This document shows positions 8,859 to 19,136 of a stretch of DNA of 64,000 nucleotides, piece by piece. The stretch covers positions 746 to 64,745 of the forward strand of contig JAQTQN010000002.1 in the NCBI GenBank assembly GCA_028712225.1, written 5' to 3'. Origin of the DNA: Methylobacter sp. Its GTDB lineage: Bacteria; Pseudomonadota; Gammaproteobacteria; Methylococcales; Methylomonadaceae. Both the position numbers and the translations under genes were made by a program. Every line of letters starts with the position of its first letter. Positions within the stretch are counted from its first letter, which is position 1. The notes below the pieces were generated by a model, which worked only from the letters and a program-made list of their open reading frames with translations, did no database searches and was not told the DNA's origin.

Positions 8859-11012
8859 TCAGAAAGGTTCGGGCTTGCCGATTCCATATCCCTGAACATA
8901 ATCGACGCCGATTTTTTTTAATTCAGCAAGAATGTCTTTATTTTCGACGAATTCTGCAATAGTTTTAAGCCCCATTACTTGACCAATTTGGTTAATAGCT
9001 TGCACCATCGCGTGATCAATCTTGTTATCGAGTATGGTTTTAACAAAATAGCCATCTATTTTTAGATAGTCGACCGGCAGGTTTTTTAAATAGGTAAACG
9101 AGCTCATGCCGCTGCCGAAATCGTCTAAAGAAAACTGACAGCCTATTTTTTTTACCGCCTGCATAAACTCTATGGCTTGAGCTAGGTTAGAGACGGCAAC
9201 TGTTTCGGTAATTTCCAGGCAAATACTGGCGGGAGGTAAGCCGCTGCTTAGAACTTGGTCGATCAAGTATTGAAGAAAACCCTGCTCGCAAAACGCCTGT
9301 CCGGACAGATTGATAGAGCAACTCAAGGTACTGTTAGGATTTTCCGCATAAATAGCAGCCATCTTGGTTAATGCGGTTTTTACCACCCAGCGATCGAGTT
9401 TGGTTATTAATCCGTAGCGCTCCGCGGCAGGCAAAAACCGAATCGGCGGCACGATATTGCCATGCTCATCTTTAAGGCGAATCAGTAATTCGTAGTGTTC
9501 CTCCGGAGCGTTCTCATTCAAAGACAAAATACGCTGGCGATACAGTTCAAAACGCTCGTCCGCCAATGCTTGATTGATTCGGCTCACCCATTGAGTTTGA
9601 TCCTCATGGAGCAATACATCTTGGTCGGATGTGCTGTAAATATGTACACGGTTGCCGCCTTTTTCTTTAGCCATGCGGCAAGCCAAATCGGCGGCGCTGA
9701 GTAGTTCGGAAATATTTTTTGCCGCTGGATCAATCCCGACCACGCCGATACTTAAAGCGATGTCGTACATTTTATGTTCGTAGACAAAGCGGAACTGGTT
9801 GATCATCTGCCTGATTGATTCTGCTTTTTGTTTGGCTTGATCTAATGAACAATCATTCAATAATACGGCAAATTCATCGCCATTAAGGCGAGCGATCAGG
9901 TTGGTGTCAGTCAGTTCCTTCTTAATCAGGGCGCCGAATTGAATCAATAACTTATCTCCGGCTTTTGGCCCTGATGCATCATTGACTACTTTAAACTGAT
10001 CAATATCCAAAAAGAGTAACGAGTAGGTTTTACCTTCGTTTTGCACCTGTTTAAAAGCACATTGCAATTTTTCATGAAAGCCCTTGCGATTTAGCAGTTC
10101 TGTCAGGGTGTCACGTCTAGATCTAATTAGTGTAGCGGCCTCGATTGCCAGTATTTCAGCTAGCTTTCTATCGCTATTGGTAAAGTCTTTGTCAGTAAGG
10201 GTATTAACCATTATGAGAAGGCCGGCTAAATTACCGCTTATTTTTAATACTGGGGCCGCAATAATTTTGTAGGGGATTTTAATGTTAGCGTCGGTCCAGT
10301 CGGTGTCGGTATCACGGTTAATAACCAGGGTTTCACTGTTGGCTTTCATCCAGCGCCACAACGGCCCTTGTAAAGTATTTAAAATTAACTCTATGTCAAT
10401 ATCGGCAGTCTTGATTCCCACATGATGAATGACAATGTTTTGTTCTGGAACAAATAGGGCAATCAGATCGGCGTCTAAATAATCAGTGCAATTGCTGAGT
10501 AAGTCGTTCAAAGCATGGACTTCATTTTTAGATGACAGGGCGTGATGGCTATCATCTAAACCATAGAGTAAATTTAACTCTTCATAGCGTACCCCCAGTT
10601 CTTCAGCCATGCCGGATAGGCTAAGGCCGGTAATGTAATCTTCGGCTATGCATGCGGCGATGGCCTGTAATATTTGGGTAAGGCGTTGTTTTTGTTCGGC
10701 ACTTATCTGAGTAAGTGATTGATTTAATATGGCAGCTAACCAAAATGTCTGTTGATTGGCGGCCGTGTTAAAACTTTTTAGGATTAGTGATTTACTTTCC
10801 GGTAATGCCACAAAATCGTGGTCTGCGACCAACGTCGTCCAATTGAGCGGTTGCGCTGTCAACCAGGTGTCTAAAGCGGCAAGCCCTGATGAATTAATGT
10901 TAACAGGGCGTCCTGAGTCGTCGAATAGCGTCATAGAGCATTCACACTCAGCAACTGTTGCCAAGAAAGGCATAAATCTTTGCAGATTAATTGAGCTAAT
11001 CCTTACGTACAT
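8859..11012 (-). CDS. GAF-like / GGDEF (NGDEF variant) / EAL (ELL variant) c-di-GMP turnover protein
   Basis: RLNGDEF at aa 375-381. EAL-domain signatures are YELLIR, EITE, DDFGSG, KIDG, AEFVE and QGYGIGKP. Confidence 0.9.
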   Translation of the reverse strand: MYVRISSINLQRFMPFLATVAECECSMTLFDDSGRPVNINSSGLAALDTWLTAQPLNWTTLVADHDFVALPESKSLILKSFNTAANQQTFWLAAILNQSLTQISAEQKQRLTQILQAIAACIAEDYITGLSLSGMAEELGVRYEELNLLYGLDDSHHALSSKNEVHALNDLLSNCTDYLDADLIALFVPEQNIVIHHVGIKTADIDIELILNTLQGPLWRWMKANSETLVINRDTDTDWTDANIKIPYKIIAAPVLKISGNLAGLLIMVNTLTDKDFTNSDRKLAEILAIEAATLIRSRRDTLTELLNRKGFHEKLQCAFKQVQNEGKTYSLLFLDIDQFKVVNDASGPKAGDKLLIQFGALIKKELTDTNLIARLNGDEFAVLLNDCSLDQAKQKAESIRQMINQFRFVYEHKMYDIALSIGVVGIDPAAKNISELLSAADLACRMAKEKGGNRVHIYSTSDQDVLLHEDQTQWVSRINQALADERFELYRQRILSLNENAPEEHYELLIRLKDEHGNIVPPIRFLPAAERYGLITKLDRWVVKTALTKMAAIYAENPNSTLSCSINLSGQAFCEQGFLQYLIDQVLSSGLPPASICLEITETVAVSNLAQAIEFMQAVKKIGCQFSLDDFGSGMSSFTYLKNLPVDYLKIDGYFVKTILDNKIDHAMVQAINQIGQVMGLKTIAEFVENKDILAELKKIGVDYVQGYGIGKPEPF

Positions 11013-11015
11013 ATG

Positions 11016-11390
11016 TCACGTCCCAACACTGCTAAGATAATCATTAATCCGGCCAAGTAGGCGCCTCATGCTGAGCGGTTTTTCAAGCATTTCAATGTTG
11101 TTCTGCTGTTCTACCCAGATACGAATATCCCGATCCGTTCTGGAGGTCATGATTAGCAGTAAACAATTCAAGTCCGAATAATTACGCTGAACGGTTTCGC
11201 ACAGTTCAATACCACCCATTTTGGGCATTTGTATATCCGTAACTATTACGTCAGGATGTTCTTGTTCAATTAAGGAAAGTGCCAATTCACCATTTAATGC
11301 CGTAAAAACCTGCAAGCCCGCCTTTTCCAGAAATTGTTTTAACACCAGGGCGACATGCGGTTCATCGTCGACGATTAGAATCTTGTTCAT
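11016..11390 (-). CDS. Single-domain CheY-like response regulator
   Basis: 124 aa with DDEP, the phospho-acceptor context VIVTDIQMP and a conserved K (EKPL). No output domain. Confidence 0.9.
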   Translation of the reverse strand: MNKILIVDDEPHVALVLKQFLEKAGLQVFTALNGELALSLIEQEHPDVIVTDIQMPKMGGIELCETVQRNYSDLNCLLLIMTSRTDRDIRIWVEQQNNIEMLEKPLSMRRLLGRINDYLSSVGT

Positions 11391-11402
11391 AGCTTAGCGG
11401 CG

Positions 11403-13217
11403 TCAAATAATGGTTGAGGTTTTGGGCAGTTCTATGCTGAAGGTGCTGCCTATATCCAGCACGCTTTCCAGCCTGATTTTGCCGTTATGTAACTCGATAA
11501 TTTCTTTGGCCAGCGCCAAACCCAAGCCATGACCATTTTTTTGCACTATGTTGTCGTCACTAGAGCGATAAAATTTTTCAAAAATGTGCTTCTGATCAGA
11601 ATCGGAAATACCAAAACCGGTATCGCTGATACGAATAGTGATGAGTTGATCGGTTTCTTCTGCTAGTAAACTGACATTGCCATTGGGTTTGTTATATTTA
11701 ACGGCGTTGGTCAATAAGTTATTAATAGCTATTCTTAATAGCTCTTTATCTACTTGAATGTTGGCTAATGTTCTGGGTACCTGCAGATTAAAATCGATAT
11801 TATTCTCTCTGCCGCTAAGTGCTACGTTGTTAAAAGTATCTTCAAGAAACTCGGCAAACTTAACGCGCTGGCGGTTAATGACAATGTTGCCGGTTTCAAT
11901 TTTACTGATATTTAATAAATTGGAGATCAGTGCTGCTAATCGCTCCACTTCATCATTGATAATATTGACAGCATTAATTCTTTCTTCAATGGTAACGTCG
12001 GATTCGTCTAACAATGATTCTGCATACAGGTGAATGACATTGAGAGGAGACTTTAATTCATGTGCGACATGGTTGATAAAGTCATGTCGAGCTTGGTCTG
12101 CTAGAATTTCTTGCGTCTTGTCATGAAAAACGACGAGTGTGCCGCAAATGGTTTCTACCTCTTTGGGGGCAAATAATGGATACGCGCTGACGGCGATGGT
12201 TTTGTCTGGATTGTTAAGTGGATTAAATTCCACTGTGTCGGAACGTTGTAAGCGATGCCCAGAGTTTTGATACTTTGCCAGCAAATCAATGACGTGACTG
12301 TTTTTGCACCAAGTCTGCACACTCTTACCGATAACGCCATCTAAGGATCCGCCAAGCAGGGGTATCAATTTAGAATTTGCAAAGGTGGCTATGCCCGTTT
12401 CATCCATCACCAAAATAGCGTCCGGTAAGGATTGCAATGCGGATTCTATGCGCCGACGTTGGTAAGACAGCGCTAAGGTAGTCGCTTGGGTTTTGGCATT
12501 TTGCCGACTTAATTGCTCAAAACGCCGATCAATCAGGGTCATGAACAACTTAAAATTGCCCATGAAATCATGAAAGTTACTGGCAGTGTCGTTTTCGACT
12601 TCCTGGTTTTGCTTTTTCAGCACGCTATTCATTTCCAGATTAGCTTGGCGCAATGGCTGAAATTCACGGCGAATCAGCCAATAGGCCAGAGGCACCAGTA
12701 AGAAAACGGGCAAAATCAGTTGTGCAAAAAAAGGTAATTTTTGCACATCAAATTCAAAAGTCGGCTGTAAGTAACCGATGCGAATAAATCCGGTTAATGT
12801 GCCTTGAGAAAGAATCGGAGCGCGAAACTCCAGTAAGTTTTTGCCATCGCTGCTGAGCACATCTTCACTTGCCCAGCGTGTTTGATTATCTAAAGACACG
12901 GCAGGAATGGCAGCCTTACCTGAGGAGCTGACAGCTAGCGGCTGATTGTTGGGATCAACAATGGCTGCATAGGCAAAATCAGGGGTGTTGTGGCTGTTAT
13001 TAAACAGCTCCAAAATGGCATTACTGCCTTGCTCAGGAAGTAGTTGTGGCAAAGACAAGCTGGATAACAAGCGGACATTATGGCGGCCGGCAATTTTTAT
13101 CGCCTGATCGCGCATTTGATGGTTATGCACAAACAGTTGTGTAGCGCTCACGATGATAGCCAGTAAGGTGGCGAAAATCATGACCATTCCAAAGCGTTCG
13201 CTGGCTATTTTTTTCAT
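11403..13217 (-). CDS. Sensor histidine kinase (two TM segments flanking a periplasmic domain, then PAS, HisKA and HATPase_c)
   Basis: H-box HELKSPLN, N-box NAVKYN, G-boxes DTGFGI and GHGLGLA. Two TM helices flank a periplasmic segment of about 140 aa. Confidence 0.9.
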   Translation of the reverse strand: MKKIASERFGMVMIFATLLAIIVSATQLFVHNHQMRDQAIKIAGRHNVRLLSSLSLPQLLPEQGSNAILELFNNSHNTPDFAYAAIVDPNNQPLAVSSSGKAAIPAVSLDNQTRWASEDVLSSDGKNLLEFRAPILSQGTLTGFIRIGYLQPTFEFDVQKLPFFAQLILPVFLLVPLAYWLIRREFQPLRQANLEMNSVLKKQNQEVENDTASNFHDFMGNFKLFMTLIDRRFEQLSRQNAKTQATTLALSYQRRRIESALQSLPDAILVMDETGIATFANSKLIPLLGGSLDGVIGKSVQTWCKNSHVIDLLAKYQNSGHRLQRSDTVEFNPLNNPDKTIAVSAYPLFAPKEVETICGTLVVFHDKTQEILADQARHDFINHVAHELKSPLNVIHLYAESLLDESDVTIEERINAVNIINDEVERLAALISNLLNISKIETGNIVINRQRVKFAEFLEDTFNNVALSGRENNIDFNLQVPRTLANIQVDKELLRIAINNLLTNAVKYNKPNGNVSLLAEETDQLITIRISDTGFGISDSDQKHIFEKFYRSSDDNIVQKNGHGLGLALAKEIIELHNGKIRLESVLDIGSTFSIELPKTSTII

Positions 13218-13266
13218 GTGCTGGTTACTACGGGTGTGGATTCTTGATATTTCAATATTGACATTG

Positions 13267-14109
13267 TCATTTGCTAAAAAGCAATCGTAATACTTCTAAA
13301 ATATTATGGGTGGCGTCTTGTTTAATGGGGTCAATATCGGCCTCAGTTAACTCCGTTAACTGTAAAGCGATGGGATCAAATTGCGGAATGCCATAGCCTT
13401 TTTTGGCGCTTTCATATTGCTGAACTAGAACACTGGCAATGTGAATAATGGCTGCATCCAGTGCAAATTTATCGGCTGACCGTAAATCGGTGTGACTACC
13501 AACTGCTTCAATATGACTTTCCGGCAATTTCCAGGCTTTGAGAAGTTCACCGCCAACCTGAGCATAATCAAACCCCAATACATGCCTTTCTACCTGCTTA
13601 ACGGGTTTATTTTGTTGTTTGGCAAGGGTCAGTATCTCGGTGGTTTCATTGGGTAGTTTGCTATAAATAATTAACTGACCAATCCCATGCAGTAAGCCTG
13701 AGACAAATAAACGTTCGCTATCCAGCACGTTACAGCGCGCTGCTAATAGTCGTGCTGTAACTGCACAAAAGACGCTGTTAGTCCAAAACTCCTTCATGTT
13801 AATTAATTCATTTGGCACACCTTTAAACGACCTCACTACGGATACAGATAGCACCAAATCTTGTAGCTGCGAGAACCCCATGATGTTGATAGCTCTACTG
13901 AGGGTAGTGATTTCCTCGGCAAATCCAAAAAATGAACTGTTGGTAATGCGCAAAACACGCGCAGTAATATTGGCATCCTGACTGACTACATCGGATACGT
14001 TGTTAAGAGTCGACGCCGGATTATTAATAACGTCACGAATCCGCAGGTATATTTCCGGTAACGACATCAGATCATTTATGTCTAAAACCAGTTCTTGAGG
14101 TGTGGTCAT
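13267..14109 (-). CDS. HDOD domain protein
   Basis: 280 aa. The LPSLPEIYLRI-like N-terminus and the GLLHGIGQLI / HxxxG patterns are typical of the HDOD signalling domain. Confidence 0.8.
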   Translation of the reverse strand: MTTPQELVLDINDLMSLPEIYLRIRDVINNPASTLNNVSDVVSQDANITARVLRITNSSFFGFAEEITTLSRAINIMGFSQLQDLVLSVSVVRSFKGVPNELINMKEFWTNSVFCAVTARLLAARCNVLDSERLFVSGLLHGIGQLIIYSKLPNETTEILTLAKQQNKPVKQVERHVLGFDYAQVGGELLKAWKLPESHIEAVGSHTDLRSADKFALDAAIIHIASVLVQQYESAKKGYGIPQFDPIALQLTELTEADIDPIKQDATHNILEVLRLLFSK

Positions 14110-14295
14110 TTTTTTAACAAAAATCCATTAAATTCTTGTGAGTATAGACCAGTTTTTTTTGATTTCACCTTGCACGGCGCATCAGATGTCGCAATCAAGT
14201 AAGCCGGTAACATCAATAAATTGATCTATTCTTATCCGCAAAACGGCACTATTTTGCTGTTTCTTAAAATTATCTTTAACGATCAGTAATTTAGC

Positions 14296-16329
14296 GTGCA
14301 AATGTTAACAATACGTAATCAAGGTTTTATTTTGCTGCCTGTGGTGCTGGCGATTACTCTGATTGCCGGCGTGGCATTTTTAATGAATCGTGACGGGGCA
14401 GGCAACGTCAATGGGTTGGCTGGAGAAATAGCCACAACACAAGCAGCGTATGTGGCTAGGGCAGGTATCAATCAAATGCTTTGGCAAGCCAATAATGCCA
14501 ACTGTACGGGTTACGTCAATGCTAGCAATGTCAATTTAGGAGGCTATAGCTATAGCGGCACGATTAACCCAACCAGTAATTCGCCGGTTAGTATCAGCGT
14601 AACAGCCAATAATGCCGAAGGGGCTGGCTATTCGATTAAGCGCGATAGGCTGAAAGTCTATCAGTCCACAGTGACCAAAACGCTGCAATTGGGCACTGAC
14701 GCAGGTAAAGATACCTATATAGGTAATCTTTGGAGCACTTACAACTATGGCGGTGGTGCTGACGATGATGTGTTGACTACTAAGATAGGCAGGCTTTATC
14801 GGCATCTATTAATCCAATTTGATTTATCCACTATTCCTAGCAATGCGCATATTGTCTCGGCAGAATTGCAGCTGTACCGGAAAACCGGTTCAGGTAAAGA
14901 CGCCATTAACGTGTACCGAATAAAGCAAGATTGGATTGAGGGTAGTAAAACCGGGAGCGGTACTGCCGATGGTGCGACGTGGAAAACGTTTAATGGTACT
15001 AACACCTGGGTTAATCCGGGCGGAGATTACGATCCGACGTTGATGGCTAGGTCTCAAGTTGACGCCGGTGTTAGCGGTGTTCATAGTTGGGAAATTGCGC
15101 CGTTAGTGCAAAGTTGGTTAACCGGCAAATACCCCAATTACGGCATGTTACTTAACGCGTCCGACTCGATCTCGGTTACCTTCGCCAGTAAGCAAGATAC
15201 GACTCTCGCCAATCGCCCCAGGCTGGTGATTACTTATAACTGTGAATGCGGATTAAGCTGTACTACCTGCATTAGCGGCAATTTTCGTGATGAATTTAGC
15301 GTCAGTGGCGATTACTCCGGCAACAAAGGTAGCTTAGCCTGGACCGGTAATTGGCTGGAAACCGGTGAGAGCGATGGCGCCGGCGCAGGCAAATTATCAG
15401 TACTGGCAGCCACACAATGCACCACTGGTAACTGCCTTAAAATTCGTAAAGATACAGCGACAATAATGAGTGTTAGTCGTGAACTTAAACTCGCCAATGC
15501 TGTCACTGCAAGCTTAAGCTTTAGTTACCGCCGTACTGTTGTCTTAATGCCAGGCGGCGGCGCAATTACCCTGGAAATATCCAAAGACGGCGGCGCGACT
15601 TATACAGCGCTTAAATCTTATGCACTCGATGCAATTGATTATGTGCCGGCGTCAGAAACAATCGATATTACCGGATATATCGCAGCAAAAACTCGGATAC
15701 GCTTTATTACTGCCGGGGCTTCTTATCAAAGTAATATGCATATCGATAATATCGATGTTACTGTCAGTTGTACCCCACCACCGTCAAGCTCGCACTCCGT
15801 AATCCTTAATACTATTGCGGATACTAATCTTTCTGAGGTAAATGCCGGAACAAACTATGGTTCATCGAACCTGATATGGGTAGGAACTAATTCTTTTTTA
15901 AAAAAATATAAGGGCTTATTAAAATTTAATGTCAGTAGCATTCCAGCTGGGGCCATAGTCACCTCTGCCAAGCTGCGTTTGTTTGCCTCTACTTTTTCAG
16001 GCACTGGCTCTATGAGCATTGGTATCTATAAAGTGATTGCCAACTGGAGTGAATCGACAGCGACGTGGACCAACTTTAGCAGTATCACTAATTACAATTT
16101 AATCCAGCGGGCTGTTACAACAGCGCCACTAGCGAGTCCCGTCGTAGTTGAATGGGCTTTGCCCACTAGTTTGATTAATGAATGGCGCGATAGTGTACCA
16201 ACACCGAATTATGGCCTGGCATTAGTTTATGAAAGCATTCTAAATAGTGTTTATCTTGATTTTGCCAGTAAAGAAAACGCCGATACCAACTTGCGCCCTC
16301 AATTGGTCATTGATTACACCCTCCCTTAA
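14296..16329 (+). CDS. Pilin-like-anchored protein (PilX/GspK-type hydrophobic N-terminus lacking Glu5) with two DNRLRE-type (CBM-like) domains
   Basis: N-terminus NQG|FILLPVVLAITLIAGVAFL. Two repeats match the pattern D.Y...N.G....L.V....R.L..FDLS.IP..A.I..A.L.L......W.E...TW and end in ANRPRLVITY and TNLRPQLVIDY. The start may be GTG 14296 or ATG 14302. Confidence 0.7.
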   Translation: MQMLTIRNQGFILLPVVLAITLIAGVAFLMNRDGAGNVNGLAGEIATTQAAYVARAGINQMLWQANNANCTGYVNASNVNLGGYSYSGTINPTSNSPVSISVTANNAEGAGYSIKRDRLKVYQSTVTKTLQLGTDAGKDTYIGNLWSTYNYGGGADDDVLTTKIGRLYRHLLIQFDLSTIPSNAHIVSAELQLYRKTGSGKDAINVYRIKQDWIEGSKTGSGTADGATWKTFNGTNTWVNPGGDYDPTLMARSQVDAGVSGVHSWEIAPLVQSWLTGKYPNYGMLLNASDSISVTFASKQDTTLANRPRLVITYNCECGLSCTTCISGNFRDEFSVSGDYSGNKGSLAWTGNWLETGESDGAGAGKLSVLAATQCTTGNCLKIRKDTATIMSVSRELKLANAVTASLSFSYRRTVVLMPGGGAITLEISKDGGATYTALKSYALDAIDYVPASETIDITGYIAAKTRIRFITAGASYQSNMHIDNIDVTVSCTPPPSSSHSVILNTIADTNLSEVNAGTNYGSSNLIWVGTNSFLKKYKGLLKFNVSSIPAGAIVTSAKLRLFASTFSGTGSMSIGIYKVIANWSESTATWTNFSSITNYNLIQRAVTTAPLASPVVVEWALPTSLINEWRDSVPTPNYGLALVYESILNSVYLDFASKENADTNLRPQLVIDYTLP

Positions 16330-16406
16330 CTTTTTGTTAACTGGTCTATACTCAAAATTAACAATCATCTTTAACTCACAGTTGTTTTGGGCCGAATTCT
16401 ATCGTC

Positions 16407-17540
16407 ATGTTTAATTTCAGAAAGTCACAACCAACTATCGGTTTCGATTTGGGTCTTGAAAAATTAAACATGGTGCAAATTACCAGCGTCTTAGGGCGCC
16501 CAAAAATTCAGGCGGCGCTATCTGATTACCACGATGCCAGCTACGATTTGCTGCTTGCTGAGCCTGAGCGAATGAAAGCATTAATTAAACGATCGTTTTC
16601 ATCTGTGCCGTTTGTCGGACGCACTGTGGTGTCTTCCATGCCCAATACCAAGCTGCAATTGATGTTTGTTAATTACCAGTGCAAATCAGGGCAAAATGAA
16701 ATTGAAGCCTTGTTGACTGCAGTTTCTAATCGATTGAATAGCGACTTGCATGATTATGTTGTCGACTATGTGCCAATCACCCCCATGATAGAAGAGCATC
16801 AAATGCGCATGGCATTGGTAGCCCTGGTTAAGCGAGATGATGTTGAAAACTATCTGGATTTGTTAAAAAAATGCGGATTGAAAGTGGCGGCTTTAGAAAT
16901 CGGTCCCATTGCAATCAGGCGTTTAATTTCTTCAATGGCTGGCGAATCTGAGCCTGAAAAAACATTAGTCATAAATTTCGGTACTCAAAAGAGTTATTTA
17001 ACCGTGCTATGGCATGGCGATATTTTACTGGATCGACCGTTAAATTTTGGATTGGATACGATTCTGCAGGCGCTGGGACAAGCGTTGGATATTGAGCCGA
17101 AATTAGCGCTCAAGATGATCCATGATTATGGTTTATCACAAAAGGTGATTGCCGATACATTTGATAGCATGGATGAGACGGACATTGATACCGACACGTT
17201 CGACATCAGGAATGAGTCGAACGATGAGGAAATGATAAAAATAATTTGCGATGTATTAACTCCATCATTCACACAATTGGCGGCGGAAATTAGGGAAGTC
17301 TTACTTTACATCGCATCAGAAACCCGCGGTGGTGCTGTAGAACATATTTACTTACTGGGCAGCTTGGCGCGATTAAGAGGTTTGGAGCAAGTGATTGACA
17401 GACTTATATCCATTCCAGCCACGATACTGAATCCATTTTATGGTTTTTCCGTAGAGGGTATGTTGGAGGACGCTCGCGATTTGGGGCCGTTGTCAGGTAT
17501 TGCCGTTGCCACGGGTTTAGCTTTACGAAGTGTAAAATAA
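16407..17540 (+). CDS. pilM: PilM/MshI-like actin-fold pilus assembly protein
   Basis: 377 aa. It has the expected N-terminal IGFDLG and central LEIGPIAIRR segments, and it sits directly upstream of PilN/O-like genes. Confidence 0.8.
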   Translation: MFNFRKSQPTIGFDLGLEKLNMVQITSVLGRPKIQAALSDYHDASYDLLLAEPERMKALIKRSFSSVPFVGRTVVSSMPNTKLQLMFVNYQCKSGQNEIEALLTAVSNRLNSDLHDYVVDYVPITPMIEEHQMRMALVALVKRDDVENYLDLLKKCGLKVAALEIGPIAIRRLISSMAGESEPEKTLVINFGTQKSYLTVLWHGDILLDRPLNFGLDTILQALGQALDIEPKLALKMIHDYGLSQKVIADTFDSMDETDIDTDTFDIRNESNDEEMIKIICDVLTPSFTQLAAEIREVLLYIASETRGGAVEHIYLLGSLARLRGLEQVIDRLISIPATILNPFYGFSVEGMLEDARDLGPLSGIAVATGLALRSVK

Positions 17541-17542
17541 TC

Positions 17543-18199
17543 ATGCATGAATTAGATTTGATTCCGGCGGATTATCGAGAGCGTGAACGTATTCAGCAAA
17601 AGTGTACGACTTTTATCGGCATTTTGATCGTGCTGGTCGTTGCGCTTGCTGGATTGAGGTTTGTATTACAGCAAAAAGTGGATACGCTGCAATTGCAAAT
17701 TCAAGCACTGGAAGACGGCAAAAAAATCAAGCTTGAGCAGCAGCAAAAATTTAATGCATTGCTGGCGCAAGAACGCATGCTGAATAAGCGCTTGGAGGTT
17801 TTTAACGGTTTACGCGGCGGGCTGTCTGCCAAACAATTATTTCTCGCAATTGATCGCGTGATGGATGGTGATGTCTGGTTTAACGAATGGAAATTGCTAA
17901 GAACGAGTGAGATTAACGCAGTAAAAACAATACACTCCACCTCAGGCCTCGTCATTCCCGAAAGCGAAAACAGTGCCGGTCAAGCTCAAGCTTGGCAACT
18001 AAGCACTCGTATGGAAATTACCGGTCAGGCTTTGGATCATAGCAAGTTGGCGGCATTTATTAGTCGATTGATGCAGCAACCTGAAGTTCAAGATGTCAAA
18101 GTATTAAACACTAACCTGAAAACCTATCTTTCAAACCAGGTGATTGATTTTAATATGGTTGTTATCATCAATAATCACATGCATGAGGATCATGATTAA
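17543..18199 (+). CDS. PilN-like bitopic assembly protein
   Basis: Short cytoplasmic N-terminus (DLIP), one TM helix, a coiled coil and a periplasmic domain. Position after pilM. Confidence 0.65.
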   Translation: MHELDLIPADYRERERIQQKCTTFIGILIVLVVALAGLRFVLQQKVDTLQLQIQALEDGKKIKLEQQQKFNALLAQERMLNKRLEVFNGLRGGLSAKQLFLAIDRVMDGDVWFNEWKLLRTSEINAVKTIHSTSGLVIPESENSAGQAQAWQLSTRMEITGQALDHSKLAAFISRLMQQPEVQDVKVLNTNLKTYLSNQVIDFNMVVIINNHMHEDHD

Positions 18200-18752
18200 G
18201 TATTTGCAGCAAGTTCAGCCGCAAACACTCTTGCTGCTGATGGGATCTATCATCTTATTAACGCTGCTGGCAGCGTATCTCTATGTTTTTAAAACTCCTT
18301 TAAATAGCTATCGACAAGCTCAGCAGGCGGTTGAGCTGCTGCAAAATGAAATAAACACGGGGATTTCGTTACCTAATCAATTGGCTGCTACGCAAAACAC
18401 TGTGTCGCAATTGGAGCAGCAACTGCATAGCTCAGCACTGTCTTTGCCGATTAACCAAAAAATTGTCCTTGTTATTGGTAAGTTGGATGAAATTTCTGCC
18501 ATACATAAAGTCAATTTGAACAGTGTTAAACCTGGCGAAGTCGCACAAGCTTTTATGTTTCAGGAGTTACCTTTCAATATTGAAATTAGCGGTTCTTATT
18601 TCACGTTGGTTAATTGGCTACATCAAGTAGAACAAGATCTGGGGCCAACTATTATTAAGGAATTTATCATGCATTCGGACGCCGCCAGCAGCAATGTCAG
18701 TATGAAATTAACGCTCGCGTCTTATTTGTTTACGGCCGAGGATAAACCGTGA
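18192..18752 (+). CDS. PilO/MshJ-like bitopic assembly protein
   Basis: One TM helix plus a coiled coil (LQNEI...VSQLEQQL). I prefer ATG 18192 (MIKYLQQ), which overlaps the pilN-like stop, over the track start at 18144. Confidence 0.6.
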   Translation: MIKYLQQVQPQTLLLLMGSIILLTLLAAYLYVFKTPLNSYRQAQQAVELLQNEINTGISLPNQLAATQNTVSQLEQQLHSSALSLPINQKIVLVIGKLDEISAIHKVNLNSVKPGEVAQAFMFQELPFNIEISGSYFTLVNWLHQVEQDLGPTIIKEFIMHSDAASSNVSMKLTLASYLFTAEDKP

Positions 18753-19132
18753 GAGGTTTATTTTGGGCTGTGTCGATTATCTATTCGATACTGAATCTAT
18801 GCCCATTGGCGTTGGCTACCGATGACAGCAAGAAATCGATTGCTGTGACAGTTCAACACGATCCGTTTAAAAAACCAGCCATGTTGCAGCTGCAGGCAGG
18901 TCAGTCAACTGTTAACTCCGAGCAGAACATTAATCCCGGTATCGCTAAGGCCCGACTTACCGCAACGCTCCGGGGTAAGGATCCAATGGTTATTTTGGAA
19001 GGTAAATCACTTAGATTAGGTGAGATGTTCGAAGGTTATCGCTTAGTTGAAATTAATGAACGCTCAGCTGTATTCCGCAAATACAAAAAACAAATCATAT
19101 TAAAAATAGATAATGCGGATGAAGCAAATTAA
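18749..19132 (+). CDS. Small secreted PilP/MshK-like protein
   Basis: 127 aa with a signal peptide. The C-terminal beta-rich segment VILEGKSLRLGEMFEGYRLVEINERSAVF resembles PilP/MshK/GspC HR domains. 4-nt overlap with the upstream gene. Confidence 0.45.
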   Translation: MRGLFWAVSIIYSILNLCPLALATDDSKKSIAVTVQHDPFKKPAMLQLQAGQSTVNSEQNINPGIAKARLTATLRGKDPMVILEGKSLRLGEMFEGYRLVEINERSAVFRKYKKQIILKIDNADEAN

Positions 19133-19136
19133 CGTA

